A stretch of DNA of 64,000 bases, taken from assembly GCA_002269645.1 (NCBI GenBank), contig NIVC01002441.1:109404-173403 (forward strand), read 5' to 3'. Of this stretch, positions 45,581 through 64,000 are shown piece after piece. The position numbers and the translations under genes are program-made. Each line of letters starts with the position of its first letter. Within the stretch, counting starts at the first letter, position 1. The notes beneath the pieces are model-generated. The model made no database searches, was not told the origin of the DNA, and saw only the letters and a program-made list of their open reading frames with translations. Origin of the DNA: Macrostomum lignano. Its lineage: Eukaryota.

Positions 45581-46856
45581 CTAATGTGATTTAACATTAC
45601 AACAACAACTTGAGATGAAAAATAGCCTTTGATCACTAATTACGTGGGAGTTTCTCCCTGAAAAGCAACATTGGTATCCCAACATGAGATCCTTACTCAA
45701 AGCTACACCCAAGAAGCTTTAATCTTGAGTACACTGAAGTTTTGCAACAGCTTTAATTTATTAATTTTTACATACTGCACGCAATGCAACTGATAATTAA
45801 AAAGTTTAGAAGCTATTATAATATCGTAATGTAGTTCGTACTTTCTGCCTAGACACATCAAGTTGCAGCATTCGCAGAACCAATGCCAGAATAACAATTC
45901 GTATTTGGTAAACTTAGCACCGTAAAATTAGGTTGAAATTTTATCGAGAAAATAATAATGCTTCTTCGTAACATTCGACTAAATATACGTACACTCGCAG
46001 CAAGTTTAAGCAAAAATTCCAATTAAGACGTCACAACACTTACGACAGTTTTAGTAAAGTTAAGGACTTAAATTTACTTAGCTGGGAGGCGTTGTCGTCC
46101 ATTCCGCTAACCCCTGGCGACCACGGGCAGCTGGTGCTGTGGTGTCGTGCAGGGAGATCCGGTGGTGCCGGTGTCCGCAGCGCGGTCCCCCTCCGAAGAC
46201 TCCAGAAAGTGGATGGTCGCTCGCCCGGTAGCCCTCAGGTAGCGGACTACCTGAGGGCTTCACAGTGAGAGATTCACGGGCCCGAAAACGTCCGATAGGT
46301 CCTGTCCTGAGTAAAGGCGCGGCATTCACAGATGAAGTTCTCCGTATTCTCAACACCGGAGAGGCAGAATCTCCCAGGAGGTGACGATGCCTGGCAAGCA
46401 GGGCTCGGGACAGTTCAGTTAATTAGCAAAATAATTTTGATTAAAGAATCAAGGACAAAAAATCTGGAAACATTTCACCGCATTTCCAAATTAAGAATTT
46501 GCTAGTACCTTGATTGACAGGTAACTTCGACTAGTATTTGCTGGTTGAACATTATTAAACCAAGCGAAACCTTTTCTTGAAACTACAGTACACTTTTGAA
46601 ATGTACGCCCCTGCCCCAGCAGGAATGTACATTGTGCAGTGCAAGGCTGTGCACAGAGCCCGCCAGTTGAATCCAGATCCGACAGCGTACAGCCGTTGCT
46701 TGAAAAACGCGTGAACGGGTTGTGCAGGGAGGGCGAGAAACAGACAGCTCTGTCAGTAAAGGGAAATGTAAGCAAAATTCCATCAATCTATAAATATTGA
46801 AAAGTTTGAGTTTCTCCCGAAAACAAGCCAAAGCAAGCGGAAGCGACCTGATATTA

Positions 46857-50640
<3,784 letters not shown>

Positions 50641-51253
50641 TTGGCCCCGTAGCTTACCAAAAACTACAATTGGTGCGGATTCATTTCAATATTGCAGCAC
50701 TGTACTTTTGATTGCTCCTGTACCTGTGTAAGTCCCCAATTGTGCAACAATCAAGTTTACCTTTGATTTTCACTGTAGCTATGTAAGCAGTATTGTTCTA
50801 TGCTGTTTCGAGATAATGCATTTATTTTTAATTACAATATCTGCCTTTCCTTAATTCGAAGTTGGAAGTTGTAGTAAGATCTGCTCATGTAATTGTAGTT
50901 TAGATATTTGAATATTTTAAACGCTACACAACACCCTGAACTCATTCTTAATTAACAACTCATGCCTTAACGATGACTATAATGAAAATTCAATTTCAAA
51001 TCTAAATGGTCCATAGAATCCAAGTCGATATATTATTTGCTCGAAGCCTCAAGAGTGCCAAACTCAAATCATTAAAATGCTATAGTCTATGGCTCAACTG
51101 CAACCGCAGCTTGAACTGTCACGGCAAAGCGCAGCGGTTCGAATTGCGCGAGCAAGAGCGGCTCTGAACCATTTGTTAAACAACTTAGCGAGCGTGGCCG
51201 TCGCGGGCGGATCATCGTCATCAACCAAGTGTTGTAGTCTCAGGCAGAAAAGA

Positions 51254-51712
51254 ATGTGCAGCCTACCACAGCCGCCCTACCCGGCCATGTGTCCGGCGCC
51301 AGGCTTCTGTCCGCCCTACTCAGTCCGAGAGAACTGTTGCCCTCCTTGCGGCCCGTGCGGACCGAGTGGGCCCTGCGCCCCTTGCGGACCCTGCGCACCT
51401 TGCGGACCCTGTGCACCTTGCGCCCCGTGCTGGATACCGAAGCCGCCCTGCGATCCTAGCGACATGCCACAGATCCAGCTGTGCCCACCACCGCCACCCC
51501 TCTGCGTGCCTCCCTGCCCGCCGCCGCCGTGCTTCGATTTCGTTTGCACCTTCCGACGACTACCGGACCTTTGTCCGACCTCCGACTGCTGCCGCATCAG
51601 CTACTCCAGGCCTGCGGGTTGCCCGCCTAGCGGAACCAGCTGCTGCCCTCCGCCTGCCTGCGCTCCGACGTACAGCGGATATGGCGGCTGCAGCAGCGGA
51701 ACTTGCGGCTAA
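51254..51712 (+). CDS. Small Cys/Pro-rich protein with C-(G/A)-P repeats, 152 aa
   Basis: ATG 10 nt after a CTCAG acceptor; [13 protein letters not shown]...[32 protein letters not shown]...CSSGTCG*. GC3-rich codons; AATAAA at 52005-52010. The ORF-track extension from 51089 is probably non-coding. Confidence 0.75.
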   Translation: MCSLPQPPYPAMCPAPGFCPPYSVRENCCPPCGPCGPSGPCAPCGPCAPCGPCAPCAPCWIPKPPCDPSDMPQIQLCPPPPPLCVPPCPPPPCFDFVCTFRRLPDLCPTSDCCRISYSRPAGCPPSGTSCCPPPACAPTYSGYGGCSSGTCG

Positions 51713-53790
51713 CTAACAGCAGCCGACCGACGGCATGCTCTGACACGTGATATTGGCACCGATGCCTGCGCTATAATCTCTTTGTTTCGCCTCCCGATGA
51801 ATTCGGCCTAGATGCAGCTACTACGAGTATAGACATAAACTGTATGCGGTTACGTATTCACCTGTACGCGTACCCGATTGTTTAAACCCCTATATTTTAG
51901 CCGCGCTACGCTTTGCACGCACAAGAATACACTATAATTATGTTGTTTATTTAGGATGCAGTGTTGCCTCTCGGACAACCATTTCGTACGCTCAAAGAAA
52001 CTCTAATAAAAATGCGAATAACTTGCTAATCAAATTATTTGAAGCTGGGAAGTTACAATACTTCCAAAGTCGCTCGCAAGCCGACAAGTTCCTTGGCGAG
52101 AAGTTCCAAAATAAGCTTCAATTTCCATGCATAGCGCTCTGTGTGCGTACCACGAGACTCTAAACCTTCTATGCTCCACAATGAAGAACCGAAACCTATT
52201 AGGATGCAAATGGAATAGCTAGTACTAGCTTCGAACGTCTTGAACTTTAGATAGATAAAATAATTGCAGTTTCGATAGGATCATAAATTTGTCTTTATAT
52301 GGGTTTTTGATGGTGCTGATTTCTAATTTGAGTTTCCTTTGTGCCAACCACCGGGGCATGGGGAATTGGGGGTTTTGGGTGGGGAGATTCTTCATGGGAA
52401 TTGATTTTACCTACCTAAACATCCATAGAGGCATGGGGAATATCAAATTTGAGACAAGGGCAGGGGGTCCAGGGGGGTCCACGGGGGCTCAATGACCAGC
52501 AACTGGGGCATGGGGAATGGGCAATGGGGAATTTTTTGAAGTTTTTTTTGCTTTATCACCATTTTGGAAACCCCCTAAGTGTTTGGCAAAAGTTTCAGAA
52601 AAATCAGCAAATCGGAAGTATTTTACGTACCTAATGTTCAAGAAGTCCTTAGCTTCTAAGGATTCTTGATTTCAACTGCATGGCCTCCAAAAAGGAGACT
52701 ATACAGACATTAGATCTATCCATCTCTGCAAGTTTGATGCTGACTTAACCCACCCATTCACTGAATGACGTGTGATTACATGCTCGAAATGCTGCGTGAT
52801 CATTTAAATTTCTCGGGGAAAGCCTCCTTAGAAATGTGTTAAACCCTATATGGTACAAGCGGACTAAAAACACGCTCGTATCCCGCCTTAATTCCAACTA
52901 GAAAGAAATCGACAATAACACTAGTCCATATACTAAAAATGGTCTGTCGGTAGGTATCTATCTAGGTAGGTATGTGATCGTAAAACTTACTTGTAAGTAA
53001 ACAAGTAAGTGAAATTTACTTTTGTTAGAGCGAGAAGGAAGCTTGAGTCCAATCCAATCTAAAAAGTTCAGCAAACGTATTCGAATGCACTTTCTACGAG
53101 TAATACAATGAACTCAAAGTCGACATTCTCCTCTCGAATGCACACAGCATCCCAAGTAAGAGTTTTCCTAGAGCACCCGTATTTGAAATGAAAAACGAGG
53201 CGAAAAAACCAACTATGGTTTGACTGATTGATATGGTATTTGAAATCAAATTTCAATCAAGCTGGATGTTTCGTTCAGTTTTAAAACGCTTTTTATGCTC
53301 GTGTGATTCAAACAAAACAAAATGCATAAATTTCCATAGATGAATCAAAAGTTTGCTAAGCATTTTGATAGCTTCAAATCTAAATTCGTCTGCAAAAAAG
53401 TAAGAATACTTTCACTATGCATTCCTAGATATTCGGATACCTGAATCCTATTCAATCAATTATTGTGCTAGAAAAAACTCTCCAGTGTGAAGGCTGTACG
53501 CTCAATTTATATAAATTAGCACATACACTGTAAAAGCGCATTGGGAATTCACTAAAAAAGAGCCAACCAACAAAGGCCAGGCTACCGCATTCTACGTCTA
53601 AACGAAAAATTAAACTAATAACGTCCAGTTTCACCCTCGAAAAAGCGCTGGTCGACCAGTTACTTAGCAAACGTTCCCAGAAAGCAGTCCGGCCATTGTA
53701 ACATAACTTTTAGGGTATTCTACGCCTAAACAAAGCAAATTGCAGAAGTACCATCCAGTTTCATTCTCACAAAAGCACTGGGTCGATCAG

Positions 53791-60234
<6,444 letters not shown>

Positions 60235-60749
60235 TGCTTTCAGCAGATTTTGCGAAGAAGAAATCTTTGTCGGTTTTACTCACTCGTCTTAGCTCATGAG
60301 GCTGTGAATAAATGAATGATTGAAAAAATCTGGGGGCTTGTGAATGGGCGAGTCTAGTCATTTATACACTGCTGTAGGGGAAGCCGCAACTTTTATCTCT
60401 CGAATTGCATTCGGATGGCGCAATCCGTGAAAGCGAGCCCTACAGGCTGGTGTTTATCTAATCATGACCTCAGCCAGGCGCAATGCTACAGGTTAGACCG
60501 AGAGACTACATGTAGAGTCAAAGAAAAAGCAAGCATGCACTGAGTGCCGTAGTGAAGTGACTCTTTCTCTTCTCGGGATTCGAGTTTCCGATACGATTAG
60601 TGATTATTAAGTATGCATCAAACGCAACCTTGTTGGCTTAACTTCTCATGTCGGTATTTTTCCTGACTTGTGTATAATGCGTTGCAGTATACGAGAAAAT
60701 CAGATAGAGATAGCGGACCATTGACTGCATCTACGTAGCTTCCATTGGG

Positions 60750-61015
60750 ACCCTTAACACAGTTCACAGTTTCCATGGTTCATACGGTTCACAGTTTTTA
60801 TAAGGTACCTTAACACGATTCACAGTTGTTATAAGGTCCCTTAACACGATTCACAGTTGTTATAAGGTCCCTTAACACGATTCACAGTTGTTATAAGGGC
60901 CCTTAACACGATTCACAGTTGTTATAAGGTACCTTAACACGGTTCACAGTTGTTATAAGGGCCCTTAACACGGTTCACAGCTTCCATAAGGTCCGTTAAC
61001 ACTGTTTACAGCTTC
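60750..61015 (+). repeat. 31-bp tandem repeat, about 7-8 copies, upstream of the ABCC start
   Basis: CCTTAACACGATTCACAGTTGTTATAAGGT(C/A) units with diverged flanking copies. Confidence 0.85.
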
Positions 61016-63415
61016 CGTAGGGTCTCTTAGTCTTGTCTTAGCACATTGCATTTAGTTACAGTAGTCAAAAGACTGAGTATTTAATAAATTTGAGGCTATT
61101 TTAATAATTTGAAAAATCAGGGGGCAAACTGAAAAGCGAATAAGTCAGTTAAAATGAATACCGAGAGTTCACTTACCCAGAGTAGAATCAGTAGGCCAGC
61201 ACCTAGCAGTCGAATTTCGTCAGTTAGGAGCAAAAAATTATTAAATAAATGCAGGCTTAATGACTGTCCATTTCAAAATCTTTGCATTGCAATCGCTCTT
61301 TCATTCACGCAGTAAAAGAGAAAGCAAGATCTCTATCTCCAGGGTTGATAAGGTATAAGAGCAGCGATTAAGCAAGAGAGAATTAACTTATAGCGTCTTA
61401 ACCTAAAAAAATAGACTGATGAGTGGTCAAATAAGTACGCGAAAAATGTTGACACAGAGACGAGACTGTAAAGGTCTTACACTCCGATAGAGGGAGGGAT
61501 CACGCAAAACTAAGTGTACGCGCAATCTTGTAGAACTGAGCGAAACCCCCTCCCCCATTTCGTCTGCCCTCCGCCCCCACCCCCTCCCACAACCCGCCCA
61601 ACGAGGGAGTGTACTCTATGTAGATTGGTCCACTGGGGTTAGAAAAACCATCGGGAGCGGCCAGGACGCAATGTACATAGATGAGCGTGCATAAAGCAAA
61701 TAGGTTGGTTCACTTGTGCGCTTAGATGCTTCCAGCGTGGCGTTTCAATGGTTCATGTAGGCTACTGATTAAAAGTAGCACACACTGATTAAAATTCAAT
61801 AAGTACACTGTGCACTTTAAAATAAAGCTGGTCGACACCTGTACACTAGGATCGAGGAACACCGCAAGAAGGCTAGCGCGATTCATGACCATCTGCTAAT
61901 GTGCAACGCGTGTGCCGACATCAAACATAATCAAAAGTTTAAAATTATTGATCGGATTCAGCACCACCACAAACTATCTACATGTGCACTGTGTTGGAAG
62001 CCCTGTACACCAAACAGTTCAAGCCTACCTGAATGTACAACTAACAGGAAGGGGGGCTAGTACTATTCTTGAATTTTTTACTATTCTACGGCTACTTGAA
62101 CCAGAAGTAGTATATACGAAAAACCAGACGAAATATCGATCTGATCCTAGACTGGATTTCGCACGTCTTGCGTTCACTTGCGTGACATCGAGTTTAATGT
62201 TTACTTTTCATTTTTAACCCCATATGCTCCTGAGGCTGCAAACCGTGAGGAAAGAAATGAAATTTAATTAAATTTAAGCGACACTGCCCGGACAAACTAC
62301 TGAAAAAGAGTCTACGCTCTGCATTTTTCACAACTTTAATGGCAAGTTGACGTGACACATCCATCGTGCAGTTATTCTAGTATCCGTGGCACCAGCTGAA
62401 GGGGGTTGGGCAATGGCCCCCTGGCCAACCCCCTGGATCCACCAGTTGTTTTGACTCAAAATGACTCTTAACTTCTTTAGTTTATGCTGAAAATGATAAA
62501 TATCAACAAAATTGGCTACCCAGCGGGCCATCCATAAAGTCTTGGATAAATAGCTGATGCGCATTTTGTAGATAAAAATTACGAACGCAACGTGATTTTT
62601 TGATGCACACTACATGCATAGCATAAAAAATGAACAATAGCGAAACCTTAACTAGCTAATGCACTGTTAGAGGGTTACACATCTTATATATTTATTTCAT
62701 ACGATTATGCAGACAGTACCTGATTCACAAAATCTCAGCTAGAACAATCGTTGCAAAGAACCATCCATACGAGCTCGTAGCTGCCATCGTGAACAGTCGA
62801 GTTCTTTGCCGTTTCTTCAACCGAAAACGCGGTTTTTGTCCACGCCACAGAAACATAGCAATAAAAATATTAAATATTGAGCGGTAAAAATGATTAAGCA
62901 TTAAGCAATTTGGCTGCTAGCACAAGCACCTTCAACACGTAAGAAGTGCCACAGATGTACTCATGTCCTTTTACTTATTCAATACTAACTGGAACATCTC
63001 GATATTTACGAGACACCGTATTACCTTTGTTTTATACCTTGAATTATCGAAACAAAGTTACAGAGTTAGGTGAAAAAGCATTGTTGTACTCTTAGCTATT
63101 TTATATACAGTTAAACAATTGTCCAGAAGCTAAATCGGGAGCCATTAGATTTCTCACTTCGTTATCTCATTTCCTTTGTCAATTTAACTCTAGTCTACAT
63201 AAATTTCGTGGTTCACATTAATCACAAGTGTATTATGAAAAACGACTCGCAAAGGAAGCTGTGTGGCCCATGATATTTGATCAAGGATTGCTGCCTGTAA
63301 ATCCAAAATCAGATACGGATCAGACACCGTAAAAGCTAAAACTATTTCAGTTAAAATAAGCGCTCAAAAGGTATTCCAATTCTTTAGGACAACTGGAAAG
63401 GTTAAAAATCCTGAA

Positions 63416-64000
63416 TTACATAGCGCGACGTTCGCGGGAAGCAGTCCGGCCTCCTTCGCCAGGAAGTGGAAGTACGAGTCCTGCTTAGCCAGCAGGTCCC
63501 GAGGAGGCGCGAACTCTCGAAACCCGACCGCTGTCCAGCACCATCACCGCGATCCGAGTCCATGATGGTGGCCAGGCGATGGGCGATGATAATCACGGTG
63601 CTGTCGGCGAACTGCTGTCTCACGGTGGCCATGATCAGCGAGTCGGTCTCACAGGTCGACAGCGCGCCGTGGCCTCGTCCAGTACGAGGAGTCGACGCTG
63701 CGCCGCATGAGCGCTCTGGCCAGACAGACGAGCTGGCGCTGTCCTACCGACAGGTTGGTGCGCCCCGCTCTCCGCACTCGTGCGCCAGTCCCGCTGACAG
63801 ACCGCGAGCCCAGCTGGACAGGTGCGGCCGCATCCAGAGCAGCCCACAGCTCCTCGTCTGTGCGCTCATCGAACGGGTCCAGGTTCGATCTGAGACTCCC
63901 CTGAACACAGTCGGCTCCTGCGGCAGGATGGTCAGAGCTGAGCGCAACGAGTGCAGGCCCAGCCGGTCGATTCGGACTCCGTCCACCTCGATGTGGCCAA
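63416..64000 (-). pseudogene. 3' end of a second ABCC copy (NBD2), frameshifted as given; tandem paralog with probable sequencing errors, or a pseudogene
   Basis: Nearly identical to 53791-54363 but with about 8-10 small indels, mostly 1-nt insertions, and very few substitutions. The last codons and downstream flank differ from the first copy. It runs off the window end. Confidence 0.75.

Noticed and set aside
51089-51253. N-terminal 55-aa extension of the Cys/Pro-rich protein
   Set aside because: Its composition differs sharply and a splice acceptor lies 10 nt before the internal ATG at 51254. It is not fully excluded.
52350-52540. G-rich GGGGCATGGGGAAT repeats with G-quadruplex potential
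   Set aside because: There are only a few scattered copies, probably inside a non-autonomous element, and nothing in the sequence supports a function.

Overview
Eukaryotic (animal) genomic DNA, not prokaryotic. It has GT-AG introns, GC-rich exons, AT-rich introns and about 17 micro/minisatellite arrays totalling roughly 10 kb (about 16%). The style suggests a free-living flatworm such as Macrostomum lignano; this is inference only. I reconstructed spliced, phase-consistent gene models by hand for seven genes: an ankyrin/SOCS-box protein (-), mitochondrial HSP60 (-), an intronless DEG/ENaC channel (+), an unrecognised single-pass type I membrane protein (+), a lysosomal MFS transporter of the SLC49A4/DIRC2 type (+), a small Cys-Gly/Ala-Pro repeat protein (+) and a complete 14-exon MRP/ABCC transporter (-). 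An indel-ridden 3' end of a second ABCC copy lies at the window edge. Mobile DNA comprises a full-length Merlin (IS1016-like) transposon with TIRs and an 8-bp TSD but an inactivated transposase, a decayed piggyBac transposase, a hAT MITE with an 8-bp TSD, two tRNA-derived CORE-type SINEs and a foldback/MITE family. Most interesting signals: (1) RIP-like CpG/CpA-to-TpA hypermutation tracts in repeats and dead transposons; (2) Arg at the TM2 outer-pore position of the DEG/ENaC that is normally Asp/Asn; (3) the novel membrane-protein gene, whose second intron is almost pure (AACC)n; (4) a candidate sperm-structural CGP-repeat protein. No CRISPR array, rRNA or intact tRNA gene was found.
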